The notes under the pieces are model-generated. The model was not told where the DNA came from. It saw only the letters and a program-made list of their open reading frames with translations, and did no database searches. The position numbers and the translations under genes were made by a program. Positions 1 to 12,780 of a DNA stretch of 64,000 nucleotides are shown piece by piece; position 1 is the first letter of the stretch; each line of letters begins with the position of its first letter. The DNA is from Malacoraja senta (lineage: Eukaryota). The stretch lies in NCBI GenBank assembly GCA_038087875.1, contig CM075994.1:6884001-6948000 (forward strand), written 5' to 3'.

Positions 1-350
1 TGGAGGCAGGAAACATGTTCCCGTTGTTGGGGGAGGCCAGAACCAGGGGCCACAGTTTAAGAATAAGGAGTAGGTAATTTAGAACGGAGATGAGCAACAT
101 CTTTTTCACCCGGAGGGTTGTGAATTTGTGGAATTCTCTGCCTCAGAAGGCTGTGGAGGCCAATTCACTGAATGCATTCAAGAGAGAGTTAGATAGAGCT
201 CTAAAAGATAGCGGAGTCTGTGGATATGGGGAGAAGGCAGGGACGGGGTACTGATTGTGGATGATCAGCCATGATCAGAGTGAATGGTGCTGCTGGCTCG
301 CAGGGCTGAATGGGCTAGTCCGGCACCTATTGTCTATTGTCTATTGTCTA
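1..350 (+). mobile_element. CR1-type LINE 3' end (ORF2 C-terminus plus 3' UTR), cut by the window edge
   Basis: Encodes the RTRGHSLRIR...FFTRRVVNLWNSLP motif typical of the CR1 ORF2 C-terminus and ends in a (CTATTGT)n tail. Closely similar copies end at about 32750 and 57135. Confidence 0.85.
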
Positions 351-469
351 GGTCTACTCCGCCGTTCAATAATGGCTGATCTATCTCTCCCTGTCAACCC
401 CATTCTCCTGCCTTCTCCCCATAACTTTTGACACCCTTCCTAATGGAACCTGTAAACCTCTGCTTTAAA

Positions 470-1170
470 AATACCCGCACTTGGCCAATAACTCTCTGAA
501 ACTATCCTATCTACATATAGTACCTGTCCAAAAGTCTCTTATATGTCATGATAGTACCTGCCTCAACTATTTCCTCTGGCAGTTCGTTCCTTACACTCAC
601 CTGCTTTTGTTACCCCTCAGGGTCCTATTAAATCTTTCCCCCCTCATCTTACCCAATGTCCTCTGATTCTGGTTTCACCATACTCTGGGAAAGAGACTTT
701 GTGCGTCTACCCAATCTATTCCTCTCATGATTTTATACCTCAAATCACCCCTCCTCTTCCTGCGCTCCAAGGAATAGAGTCCCAGCCTACTCAACCTCTC
801 CCTGTAGCACAGGTCCTCTAGTCCTGGCAACATCCTCGTAAATCTTCTCCAAACCCTTTCAAGATTGACAATATCTTTCCTATAACATGGTGCCCAGAAT
901 TGAACACAATATTCTAAATGCGGTCTCACCAACGTCTTATACAACTGCAACATGACCTCCCTATTTCTATACTCAAAACTCTGACTAATGAAGGTCAATG
1001 TGCCAAAAGCCATTTTGACCACCTTATCTACCTGTGACTCGACCTTCAAAGAACATGCACCTGCACTCATAGATCCCTCTGCTCTACAACACTCTCCAGA
1101 AACCTACCATTCTCTGTGTAGGTCCTGTCTCTGTGAGACTTCCAAAAAATGCAACATCCCACATTTCTGT
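470..1170 (-). mobile_element. CR1-type LINE fragment
   Basis: ORF 675..1070 contains [19 protein letters not shown] and LGLYSLERR, standard CR1 ORF2 C-terminal motifs. Confidence 0.85.
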
Positions 1171-1479
1171 GTATAAGATCACCTCTCATCCTCCTGTGCT
1201 ACAAGGAATAGAGTCCCAGCCTGCCCCAAACTCTCCCCGTTGTGCAGGCCCACATCCTGGCAACATCCCCATAAATTTTCTCTGCATCCTTTCCAACTTG
1301 TCCCCTCATCCTCCTGTGCTCCAAAACACCTTAAACTGAATAATCAGGGCCAGCTTAACAATTTCATAACTTCTCACCAGCAATACGACTTCAAGTTTTC
1401 ACAAGAAATGCACATTTACCGGAGATGTCTGGAATGGACGTGTTTACGTTTTGAAGATTTAAGAGGTTAACGAGAACAA

Positions 1480-1965
1480 TCCCAGGAATGCGTGGGTTAA
1501 CATATGATGAGCGTTTGACAGCTCTGGGCCTGCACTCGCTAGAGTTTAGAAGAATGAGGGGGAACCTCATTAAAACGTACTAAATAGTGAAAGGCCTGGA
1601 TAGAGTGGATATGGAGAGGATGTTTCCACTGGTGGGAGAGTCTAGGACCAGAGGTCACAGCCTAAGAATAAAAGGACGTACATTAGAAAGGAGATGAGGA
1701 GGCATTTCTTTAGTCAGAGGGTGGTGAATCTATGGAATTCATTGCCACAGAAGGCTGTGGATAGATGTGGAGACCAAGTCAATTAATATTTTTAAGGCAT
1801 GGATAGATAGATAGATTCTTGATTAGTACAGGTGTCAGGGATTATGATGAGAAGGCAGGAGAATGGGTTTAGGAGGGAAAGATAGATCAGCCATGATTGA
1901 ATGGCGGAGTAGATTTGATTGTCCGAATGGCCTAATTCTGCTCCTATCACGTGTGAACATGAAGA
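1480..1965 (+). mobile_element. CR1-type LINE 3' fragment
   Basis: Degenerate ORF2 C-terminus plus the 3' UTR GATCAGCCATGATTGAATGG shared with other copies (e.g. 27865-28300). Confidence 0.75.
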
Positions 1966-3134
1966 TTTGAATAGTATCTCTGTTTAGGAATTATGGTGCT
2001 CGGTGACAATGGCCCGCCAAGTTACTGCTTTGTGGGCAACTTTAGTTTAGTTTAGTTTAGAGATACATCGTGGAAACAGGCCCTACGGCCCACCGAGTCC
2101 GTGACGACGAGCGATCACCCCGTAAATTAGCATTATCCTGCACACTAAGGACAATTTACAATTTTTATACAAGGCCAATTAACTTACAAACCCGCACGTC
2201 TTTGGGATGTGGGGGGAAACCGGAGAAAACACACGTGGTCACATGGAGAGCGTGCAAACTCCATACAGACAGCGGCCGACGTCAGGATTAGCTCTCTTTA
2301 AAATTGTCCATTGCGTGCAGGGAGCAAGGATGAACAAGTGACATAATATAGAACTAGTATGAATGGCCGATCAATGGTCGGTGTGGAATCGGTGGGCCGA
2401 AGGGCCTGTTTCCACGATGTATCTCGAAACGAAACCAAACTTCTGATGATATCATAAAGGTCTTTTTTATTTTGTGTATTTTGCTATTTATTAACACAGA
2501 TTGTGACTGGTTGTACCTGATTTTAGTCTTAGAATTCATCAAAGAGCAATCCCACTATGTTATAAATGAAGATCAGAGCAACCGAGCTTTGGAATCACAG
2601 ACTGGTTACAATATGGAAGCAGGCCACTTGGCCCATCAACTCTAATCTATCCAATTTGCATATTTAGCCTCCGTTCTTTTACCCTTTTAAGAAGCAAGCC
2701 TTTTCATTCATGTTGCTCCTTCCAACTAAAATGGGGCATTTACTTGAGACTTTAGAGATACACCGCGGCAACATTATCTTCGGCCCGCGTCGACCAGCGA
2801 TCACCCCGTACACTAGTTCTATCCAACACACACGAGGGACAATCCTACAAACCTGCATGTCTTTGGAGTGTGGGGAAGAATTCGGAGCACCCGGAGAAAA
2901 CCCACTTGGTCACAGGGAGAACGTACAAACTCCGTGCAGACAGCACCCGTAGTCAGGATCGAACCCCAGTCTCTGGCGCTGTGAGGCAGCAACTCTACTG
3001 CTGCGCCACCATGACGATAGTTATGATAAGAATTTCTGTGTTAACTTGTCTCTTTACTTGTATCTTGCATAAAATGTATGTCTGAATGTTGGTTGTAAAC
3101 ATTGAAATAAAACCTACTAACCATGAACTGGGTT

Positions 3135-4690
3135 TGATATCTTTTTTCTTTTATTTCGAACGATTAAAAAAAAAGAAGAAAAGAAAAGATGAAAATGAAT
3201 AATAAATAAAGGAAAATTATATATATACATATATATATACATAAATACATACACACATACATACATATACATGTACATATATACATACATACATATACAC
3301 ATATACACATACACATATACATAACACATATGTACATACATAAATTAAAAAATCAAAAGCCAATTTCAACATAATACACATTAGACTCGTTCGAAAAGGG
3401 ATAGGAAGAAGCCTATGCTTGTCAAGTCCTACCCCCATTCTTCACCATTAACAAATGCAAAATTCAATAAAATAAACTAAACAGACAATTCAAATAAAAC
3501 TACTCCAATCAAGCTATTAAGAAAAAAAGAATAAAAAAAGAAAAGAACAAAAAGAACAAGCACCATTAACATCTGTGAGATTTACATTCTCCTCCTTCCT
3601 CATTACTGTACTTTTCAAAGATATATCTTTTGTACATTTTTTTAAATTGCATTATATTCATACTTTGTTTAATCGTTTCGTCAAGACCATTCCACAAAAC
3701 CACCCCACAAATGGAAATACACATACTTTTTAAATTGGTCCGAGCATAATGCTGTTTCAAGTTTAGTTTCCCTCTAAAGTTATAACCCCCCTCTCTGTCT
3801 TTGAACAGTTTTTGTATGTTTACAGGTAGAAGTTTATTTTTTGCTTTATAAATTATTTGTGCAGTCTTAAATTCTACCAGATCCTTAATCTTTAAGGTGT
3901 GTAATTTTAAATACAGTATATTGGTGTGTTCATGATATCCTACATTGTTTACTATACGAATAGCTCTTTTTTGTAGTGTGCTTAGTGATTGTAAAGTGGT
4001 TTTGTAGGTGTTGCCCCATACTTCCACACAGTAATTTAAATACGGTAACACAAGTGAGCTGTACAGAATATACAGTGCTCTCTCATTCAAAACATGCCTT
4101 GCTTTCCCCATCACTCCAATACTCCGTGCTACTTTTGCTCTCACATGTTTTATATGGGGTTTCCAGCAGATTTTGTGATCAAGAATCACACCCAGAAATT
4201 TATTTTCATACACACTTTCTATTTCAACATTATTTATCATTACTTTTACTTGTGTATTTATTTTGCGTTTTCCAAACAGCATAAGTTTGGTTTTGTTCAA
4301 ATTTAATGATAATTTATTCAAATCAAACCATGTTTTGAATTTACTCATTTCTGCTGTGACCACCTCCAAAGGCTGCTGCAAATTGTCCCCATCACAGAAA
4401 ATATTAGTGTCATCTGCAAATAACACAAATTTCAAGAGGTTTGACACCCTACATATATCATTAATATACAAAATAAATAATTTGGGGCCCAAAACCGACC
4501 CCTGTGGGACTCCACAAGTTATTTCTAAGCATGTTGATTTGCAGTCCCCTATTTGCACAAACTGATGTCTTTTACTTATGTAGCTTCTCATCCACTCTAG
4601 TACAACCCCTCTGATTCCATACTTTTCCAGTTTTTTGATTAGCAAATGATGATCAATTGTATCGAATGCTTTTTTCAAATCTATAAAATC
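3135..4690 (-). mobile_element. 5'-truncated non-LTR retrotransposon (L2/Crack/Daphne-like) with an uninterrupted RT ORF
   Basis: 370-aa stop-free ORF 3566..4678 with KAFDTIDH, GVPQGSVLGP and FADDT RT motifs. AT-rich 3' UTR with a TA/CA microsatellite and AATAAA near 3150. Composition differs from the CR1 copies. Confidence 0.85.
3219..3342. repeat. Compound (TA)n/(TACA)n microsatellite
   Basis: Directly visible, inside the 3' UTR of the LINE above. Confidence 0.9.
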
Positions 4691-4811
4691 TATTGTTTCA
4701 ATGTAAAGCCCAGTGAGTTGTGATTTGTAGCTTACAGTATGCTTGGAGGACCCTGGGCTTACAAAGTCCAGGCCATCCTTGGCTGGGTGATGTCCACAAT
4801 GTATTTCAACA

Positions 4812-5164
4812 GGGCGGCATGGTGGCGCAGTGGTAGAGTTGCTGCCTTACAGCATCAGGGACCCGGGTTTGAACCTGACTACGGCTGCTGTCTGTACGGA
4901 GTTTGAACCTGACTCCATGCTGCCCGTACGGAGTTTGCACGTTCTCCCCGTGACCTGCGTGGATTTACTCCGAGATCTCCGATTTCCCCCCACACTCCAA
5001 AGACGTACAGGTTTGTAGGTTAATTGGCTTGGTGTAAATATAAATTGTACCTAGTATGTGTAGGATGGTGTTTGTGTGCGGGGATCGCTGGTCGGTGCGG
5101 ATACGGTGGGATGAAGGGCCTGTTTCCATGCTGTATCTCTGAATGAAGCTAAACTAAACTAAAC
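4812..5164 (+). mobile_element. tRNA-derived V-SINE (HE1-like)
   Basis: Box A TGGCGCAGTGG, box B-like GGTTTGAACC, central GGAGTTTGCACGTTCTCCCCGTG domain, CR1-like tail and (CTAAA)n end. Small internal tandem duplication at about 4868-4935. Confidence 0.8.
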
Positions 5165-6344
5165 AAAACATCAGTCCAGATCTTACACCATCCCACTATC
5201 TCATTATGCCTGTACTCACTGGAGTTTTGAAGGATGAGGGGGGGACCTCATTGACACTAAGTGAAAGGCCTGGTTAGAGTGGATGTGCAGAGGATGTTTC
5301 CACTAGTGAGAGTGTCTACGCGACCACGTGGGTGACCTCTGGGTGCTCTGGTTTCCTCCCACCTTCCAGAGGCAGGCAGATTTGCAGGTTAATTGGCTTC
5401 TGTATATTGCCTTGTGCGTAGGATAGAACTAGTGTTGTTGAGCTGTAGATTTGCTGCCTGACAGCACCAGAGACCCAGGTTCGATCCTGACTATGGGTGT
5501 GAAAAGGTTCCCTTTACGACACGATACGATAGAACTTTATTTATCCCAGGACGGAAATTGGTCCGCCCGAGGTTAGAATCGAACTCGGGTCTCTGGCGCC
5601 GTGAGGCAGCAACTCTTCCACGACTGCCAGCAGAGATAAAACACAACAAGATACGTGAAACATGAAATTAAAGTGACAGGTGGAAAGTCCAGGATTGGGG
5701 ATGTGAAAAGATTGGGGAGGGGGAAGGGGTGTCAGTCTACCCCACGACAGAAGGGGTAGGAGTTGTATCCATCGACCTCTATAAGATCACCCCTCCTTCT
5801 GCATTCCAGGGGATAAAGTCCAAGTCTGTCTAGTTTAGTTTAGTTTATCATGGCTTATTTGAGCTTAGTTTAGCATAGCTTAACTTTGTATAGCATCCTA
5901 TTATTGTCACATGTACCATGAAAAGCTTTTTAATTGTGTGTTATCCAGTAAAACTATACATTACAGACTATATATTTTTGCAATAAAGCTGTCCACAGTG
6001 TACAGATATGAGATAAAGGGAAAAATGTTTAGTGCAAGATATTTAGTGCCAGATGTTTAGTCCAGTAAAGTACAATTAGACATAGTCTGTGGGTCTCCAA
6101 TGAGGTAGATGGCCTACCCAACTCTCCCTATAGCTCAGGCCCTCATGTCCTGGCAACATCCTTGTAAATCTAGTCTGCACTATTTCCAGCTTAATGGCAT
6201 AATTCCTACAGCAGGGTGACTAAAACAGCACACAATACTCCATGTGCAGCCTCACCTATTTCTTGTACAATTGTAACATCCCAACTTCTACATTCAATGA
6301 CCTGACTGATGAAGGCCAATGTGTTAAAAGACCTCTTAGTTTCA

Positions 6345-6650
6345 TTCAGTTTAGTTTAGAGACACAGTGCGGAAACAGGCCCTTCGGCCCATCGTGTCCG
6401 CATCGACCAGCGATCCCCGCACACTTACACTGTCCTACACACATTAGGGACAATTTACAATTTTACCGAAGCCAATTAACCTACAAACCTGCACGTCTTT
6501 GGAGTGTGGGAGGAAACCGGATATCCCGGAGAAAACCCACGTAGGTCACGAGGAGAAGGTACAAACTCCCTACAGGCAGCACCCGTGGTCGGGATGGAAC
6601 CTGGGTCTCTGACGCTGTGAGGCAGAAACTCTACCGCTGCGCCACCGTCC
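6345..6650 (-). mobile_element. tRNA-derived V-SINE (HE1-like)
   Basis: Reverse complement of the same family. Further copies at about 2040-2290, 2755-3012, 16640-16875, 17195-17472, 18900-19203, 20500-20885 and 21180-21460 (all minus), and 33205-33512 and 54232-54530 (plus). Confidence 0.8.
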
Positions 6651-6743
6651 CACCTCTTTGTCATCTGCGCACTCTGGGTATGTTAAGGTGCTGCCCCTAC
6701 CAGGGCATCGAGGGAGAATTTCTCTGTCTAGCCACCCCATAAT

Positions 6744-7639
6744 AGGGGGGTTGCACGTAAGGTCACTGGGTCATAGGGCTTGACGCACGGAGCCGCTCAA
6801 TCCATCTGGAGGACATCCGTCCCTTCCGGTATATGTTATTAATACAAGAAACGCGTACTTTCCTACTTGTTAAAAACCGCCAAAATGTTGAATATTTTCG
6901 CTGTAAATAATTGTGGGTCGGGGTAAGTGTGAGAGACATGTACCTAAATTCAGAATTCCAAAAGTGAAGCGAAATGAAGGTAAAGAGAAGCGAGAGCTGA
7001 AGGGACAACAACAGCTAAAGTGCTTGGCGAACATTGGCCGTGCAGATATCGGAATTGAAAATATTGGGATTTATCGCGTTTGCTCACTGCATTTCATTAA
7101 CGGTAAGGCATTATTTGGTTTTTTTCTTGATTCCTTTGGTAAATAAAAAGTCTCAGAAGTGGTAAATCTGGTTGTAAATTTTGCTTTAGAGGCGTTTTAT
7201 TTTTGTATGTAAAAACCCACTTGAGAACCATGGGCGATTTAAAAATTTTACAGCCAGATTTATCCCTTCTGAAACTTTAGATTGCAAAGGAATCAAGAAA
7301 AAACACAAATAATGCCTTAGTTGATGAAATGCAGTGAGCAAACGGCCAATGTTCGCCAAGCACTTTGGCTGTTGTTGTCCCTTCAGCTCTCGCTTCTATC
7401 TACCAGCATTTCTCCTCACTTTTTGAATTCTGAAGTAGGCTAAATGTCTCTCACGCTTATCCCGATTTCCATAATTATTTACAGCGCAAAAATTGACAAT
7501 TTCGGCGGGTTTTAACGGGCCCGTTACGCTGGAAACAATGGTAAGTGCTTACCTGCAGTTCATCGCGTGTAATCCATTTGGCGTAGCGTAGCAACAGTAC
7601 GGGTCATGGGTCGTGACCCGACTGCCGTGAAACCTCCCT
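6744..7639. mobile_element. Non-autonomous foldback DNA transposon with degenerate THAP-domain remnants (ISL2EU/Harbinger-like)
   Basis: Imperfect TIRs AGGGGGGTTGCACG...CGTGAAACCTCCCT flanked by AT on both sides. ORF 6913..7146 ends in RVCSLHFING (THAP C-terminal signature). An inverted copy of the THAP segment lies at about 7242-7515. Confidence 0.7.
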
Positions 7640-8819
7640 ATAGGAATCGGAAGGGTAACTTTTTCACACAAAGGGTTAAACGTGGAACAAGCTGCCAGAT
7701 GAGGTAGTTGAGGCAGGGTCTCAACGTTTAACAGTTAGACAGGTACATGGATCGGACAGGTTTGGAGGGATATGGACCAAATGCAGGCAGGTGGGACTAG
7801 TGTAGCTGGGACATGTTGGCCGGTGTGGGCAATTTGGGCCAAAGAACCTGTTTCCACGCTGTATCACTCTATGACTCCATGACGTGCAGCTCCCATGTTG
7901 ACCACTAGATGGGGGCGAAAGCAGGTTCTGAGGCTCCATTGACCCTATCTCAGCGGTACGGATCTGAATGTCCCACACAATTTCTGTGGTTACCCTGTGA
8001 ATTTCTGCAGCATTAGTGAGGGGGAAGGAGGGGGAGATTGACCCAGGACCAAAGGTTGACCCAACCCAGTTTAAACAAGGATCCTTTTGCATAGGCAGGT
8101 ATAGAGCGACATAAAACTGTGTGTAGAATGGAACTGGTTTACACCGAAGATAGACACAAAATGCTGGAATAACTCGGCGGGACAGGCAACATCTCAGGAT
8201 AAAACTGATGGGTGCCGTTTCGAGTCGAGACTCTTCTTCAGACCGATGGTCAGGGAGAGGGAAACAAGAGATATGGCCGGTGATCATAAGATCATGTGAT
8301 AGGAGCAGAGCAAGGCCATTCAGCCCATCAATATAAAAAAAAAACACTAGGTGCTTCAGTAACTAAGCTGGTCAGGGAGCATCTCTGCAGAACATGGGTA
8401 GATGGTTTCTGCGCTGTATCTCTAAACTAAACTAAACTAATCATGTGCCTGTCCAAATAACTTTTACATGTTGAAACAAAGAACTATAGATGCTGGTTTA
8501 TACCAACGATATACACAAAGTGCTGGGGCAACTCAAAGGGTCAGGCAGCATCTCTGGAGCAAAAGGAAGGGTGACACCTTGCTGACTTACTCCAGCACTG
8601 TCTTTGAGTTGTGCAGCACAGAAACAGGCCCTTTGGCCCAACTCGTCCACGCAGACCAACATGCCCCATCTACACTAGTCCCACCTACGTGTGTCGGGCC
8701 CATATTCCTCTAAACCTTTCCTATCCATGTACCTGTCTAAATGTGTTTTAAATGTTATCAAAGTTCCTGCCTCAACTACCTCCTCTGGCAGCTCGTTCCA
8801 TACACCCACCACCCTCTAG

Positions 8820-9560
8820 TTTAGTTTAGTCTCGGCTAATATTGCTACGTGTACCAAGTTACAGTGAAAACCCTTTGTTGCGTGCTATCCAGTCAGAAAA
8901 AAGACTATACATGATTACAATCATGTCCATGTACCAAAGTGTACAGATACAGGATAAAGGGAATAACAATTAGTGCAGGATATGTCCAATAAAGTTTGAT
9001 TAGTTCAAAGTTTTCAAATGAGGTAGATGGGTGGTCAGGACTGCACTCCAGCTGATCAGAGGACTATTCAGTTCCCTTATAACAGCTGGGAAGAAACTCT
9101 CCCTGAATCTGGAGGTGTGTGTTTTTAAACTTCTGTACTTCCTGCCTGCTTGAAGAGGGGAGAAGAGGGAGTGACTGGGGAGATACTGGTCCTTGATTGT
9201 GCTGCTGGCCTAGCTGAGGCAGCGTGAGGTGTAGATGGAGTCAATGGAAGGGAGGTTGGTTTGTGCGATGGTCTGGGCGGCGCCCACACTCTCTACAATT
9301 TCTGACGGTCTTGGATGGAGCTGTTCCCAAACCCGATGCATCCCGATGAAACACGTTCTACGGCGCATCTGTAGAAGCTGGTGAGAGTTGTTGGGGATAT
9401 GAAGAACTTCCTAAGCCTTCTAAGGAAGTAGAGGCGTTGGTGTGTCTTCTTGGTCATTGCTTCAATATGGGTGGTCCAGGAGAAGTTGTTGGTGATATTG
9501 ACTGGTGTTTTCTTGGCCATAGCGTCGATGTGGCTGGTCCAGGATACATTTCTGGTGATA
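8820..9560 (-). mobile_element. Rex1/Babar-like LINE 3' fragment
   Basis: ORF 9293..9595 contains KKTHQRLYFLRRLRKF. A similar copy is at about 21560-22200. Confidence 0.75.
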
Positions 9561-9604
9561 TTTCCTAGCTCCAATATATACAGCAGAGTCCTCATTATCT
9601 TCTA

Positions 9605-10114
9605 ATACGATACAATAGAAATTTATTCATCCCAGGAGGGAAATTGTTCTGCCAACAATCATAAAACACAAGGTACATGAAACATGAAATTAAAGTGACG
9701 AGTGGAAAGGATTGGGGATGTGTAAAGATTTGGGGGGGGGGGGGAGTCCGTCTACTTCACGACAGAAGGGGAAGGAGTTGTACAGTTTGATAGCCACCAG
9801 TTGGTGAAGGTGCTCCTCAGGTTGACCAGTGTGTCATGGATGGAGTGACCTGTATTGTCCAAGATGCTCCGCAGTGTGAGGAGCATCCTCCCCTCCAAGA
9901 TCACCTCCCGTGAATCCAATTCTGTCCCCAAGATGGAGCCAGCCTTCCTGATGAGCTTGTTGATCCTGTTGGCATCCGCGGCCTTCGCCCTGCTGCCCCA
10001 GCATACAACAGCGAAGAAGTTGGCACTGGCCTCCACCAATGGATAGAACATCTGCAGCATCTTACTGCAGACGTTGAAGGAGCGGAGTCTTCTCAAACAG
10101 TACAGACGGTTCTG
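9605..10114 (-). mobile_element. Rex1/Babar-like LINE 3' fragment
   Basis: RLYCLRRLRSFNVCSKMLQMFY...FFAVVCWG. Homologous to the plus-strand copy at 61500-62070. Confidence 0.8.
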
Positions 10115-10144
10115 TTACTTTGTCCCTGATGGGCTCTTCAGTAT
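10062..10144 (-). CDS. Gene A candidate terminal coding exon (cytoplasmic tail DTEEPIRDKVTEPSVLFEKTPLLQRLQ*)
   Basis: Acceptor ggttgttttcag at 10145, 138 nt after the TM exon donor. The phase-1 join is open to a TAA at 10062-10064. A weak internal donor (AAA|gtaaca) is an alternative. Confidence 0.5.
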
Positions 10145-10282
10145 CTGAAAACAACCGTCTTCTCTATTTTTATTCAATGATCCCTGTTGCTCTTGGATTT
10201 CTTCCTGTCAGTTCCAATGAGTTGTGCTCAATTTCTTCCATAGAGTAGTGAGGGTTTGATGAATCTTGAGGCCACAGCTTAC

Positions 10283-10381
10283 CTCTGTGCATTCTCACAG
10301 TGAAACCACAGAGGATCAAGATAAGGACAAGGCTAACATATCGAACGTTGGCTGCGACTGGTATTTGTTTCTTCTCTGACC
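10283..10381 (-). CDS. Gene A transmembrane exon (GSEKKQIPVAANVRYVSLVLILILCGFTVRMHR)
   Basis: Acceptor ccttttccttgttccacag, donor AG|gtaagc. 99 nt, phase 1-1, with a hydrophobic helix followed by basic residues. Confidence 0.8.
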
Positions 10382-11689
10382 CTGTGGAACAAGGAAAAGG
10401 TCAGACACTTCACACATGAATGTCATTCCAATATATTCTTAAAGATGAGGATAATGGGTTCAAGGTGAAAGGGAAAAGATTGAATAGGAAACTGAGGGGT
10501 AACTTTTTCACACAAAGGGTGGTGGGTGTATGCAACAAGCTGCCAGAGGAGGTAGTTGAGGCTGGGACTATCCCAACATTTAAGAAACGGACAGGTACAT
10601 GGATAGGACAGGTTTGGAGAGATATGGGCCAAATGCAAGCAGGTGGGACTAGTGTAGCTGGGACATGTTGGCCAGTGTGGGCAAGTTGGGCCGCAGGACC
10701 TGTTTCCACACTGTATCACCCTATGGCTCTATGATTCTTGTTCCAATATATTCCTGTGAGGAGGAAGTAATTACAGTAAGTAACGTTCCTGCTTAGAGTT
10801 CTCACTTCTATTCAGATCTATTCAATAGAAAGTTAGATTTAGCTCTTAGAGCTAATGGAATCAAGGGATATGGCAAGAAAGCAGGAACGGGGTCCTGATT
10901 TTTGATGATCAGCCATGATCATATTGAATTGCGGTGCTGGCTCGAAGGGCCGAATAGCCTACTCCTGCTACTATTTTCTATGTTTCTATGTTACATTCAA
11001 GGACAACCACCATGAGGGGAAGGGGGGGGAGGAGAGCACAAAGGTAGAACTAGTGTGGGGGAACCACCGTGAGGAAGGGGGGGGGAGAACAATGGAGGAC
11101 CCAGCATGCGATACTTTGTAACCTTGTTGGTGCCCTTTATTTGCCGACTCTTTGCATACCTTCTATGCAAAACTAAGAATTTCACTGTAACTTGTGATTT
11201 GTCACATGTGACAATAAAGTGTAATTAATTAATTAATTCATTATTGTGATTGAACTAAATAGTTTCAATTAAACAGTTACACTCCTATTATTAAGAACGG
11301 CTAGTGTATATATATTTTTTTGTTTAGTTTGGAGATGCAGGGCGGAAACATGCCCTTTGGCCCACTGGGTCCACTCCGACCAGCAATCCCCGCACATTAA
11401 CACTATCCCACACACACTCGGCACAATTTGGCCCATATCCCTCTCACCCTGTCCCAGGTTCAATTTAGCTTATTGTCACATGAACCGAGGTAGAGTAAAA
11501 AGCTTTTGTTGCGTGCTAACCAGTCAACAGAAAGACAATACATGACTTCTATCAAGCCATTTACAGTGTATAGATACATGGTACACTAGGGACAATTTAC
11601 AATTTTACCGAAGCCATACCATTTAGTGCAAGGTAAAGCCAGCAAAGTCCAATCAATGTACCTGTACAAGTACCTGTCTAAATATATCT

Positions 11690-12780
11690 TCCATGATTAT
11701 AGAAGTTGGGAGGTTATATTGCAGTTGTATAATAGGTTGGTTTAGACTGCATTTAGTATTGAGTTCAGTTCTGGGCTCCATGCAATAGGAAAGGTGTTGT
11801 CAAGCTGGAAAGGGTACAGAGAAGATTAACGAGGATGTTGCCAGGACTAGAGGGTCTGAGCTACAGGGAGAGGTTGAGTAGGCTGGAACTCTATCCTTGG
11901 AGCACAGGAGGATGAAGGCTAATCTTATAGAGGTGTATAAAATCATGAGAGCAATAGATTAGGTAGATGCACAGCGTCTCTTGCCCAGAGTAGGTGAATC
12001 AAGGACCAGAGGAGATAGGTTTAAAGTGAAGGGGAAAAGATTTAATCGGAATCGGAGGGGTACCTTTTTCACACAAAGGGTGGTGGGTGTATGGAACAAG
12101 TGCCAGAGGAGGTAGTTGAGGCTGGGAGTATCCCAACAATTACGAAACCATTAGACAGGTACATGGATAGGGCAGGTTAGGAGGGATATGGATCAAACAC
12201 AGGCAGGTGGGACTAGTGCAGCTGGGACATGTTGGTCGGTGTGGGCAAGTTGGGCCGAAGGGCCTGTTTCCACACTGCATCACTCTATGACTGTACAGCA
12301 TACAAACAGGCCCTTCGGCTCAACGAGTCCGCCCCGACCAGGGTTCCTCGCACACTAATACTATCCAACACACAAGGGACAATTTGGCCCATATCCTCTT
12401 TAACCTCTAAAACATATAAATCATATAAAAGTCTTCAGGAGTTGGACAGACTAGATGCAGGAAAAACGTTCCCGCTTTTGGGGGAGTCCAGAACCAGGGG
12501 TCACAGTTTAAGAATAAGGGGTAGGCCATTTTGGACTGAGATGACGAAGAACGTTTTCACCCAGAGAATTGTGAATCTGTGGGATTCTCTGTCACAGAAG
12601 ACAGTGGAGGCCAATTCGCTGGATGTTTTCAAGAGTAGATATAGCTATTAGGTCTAATGGAATCAAAGGATATGGGGAGAAAGGCGGAAAGGGATACTGA
12701 TTTTGCATGATCATATTGAATGGCTGGCTCGAAGGGCCGGATGGCCAACTCCTGCACCTATATTCTATGTTTCTATGTCC
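11690..12780 (+). mobile_element. Two adjacent CR1 3' fragments (about 11690-12295 and 12410-12780)
   Basis: ORF2 C-terminal motifs (ESRTRGHSLRIRG, FTQRIVNLW) with the two different 3' UTR types seen across the window. Confidence 0.75.

Noticed and set aside
3117..3438. Hydrophobic Tyr/Val/Met-rich ORFs
   Set aside because: Microsatellite translation.
4812..4890. tRNA gene
   Set aside because: The tRNA-like box A/B head continues into a SINE body found in many copies.
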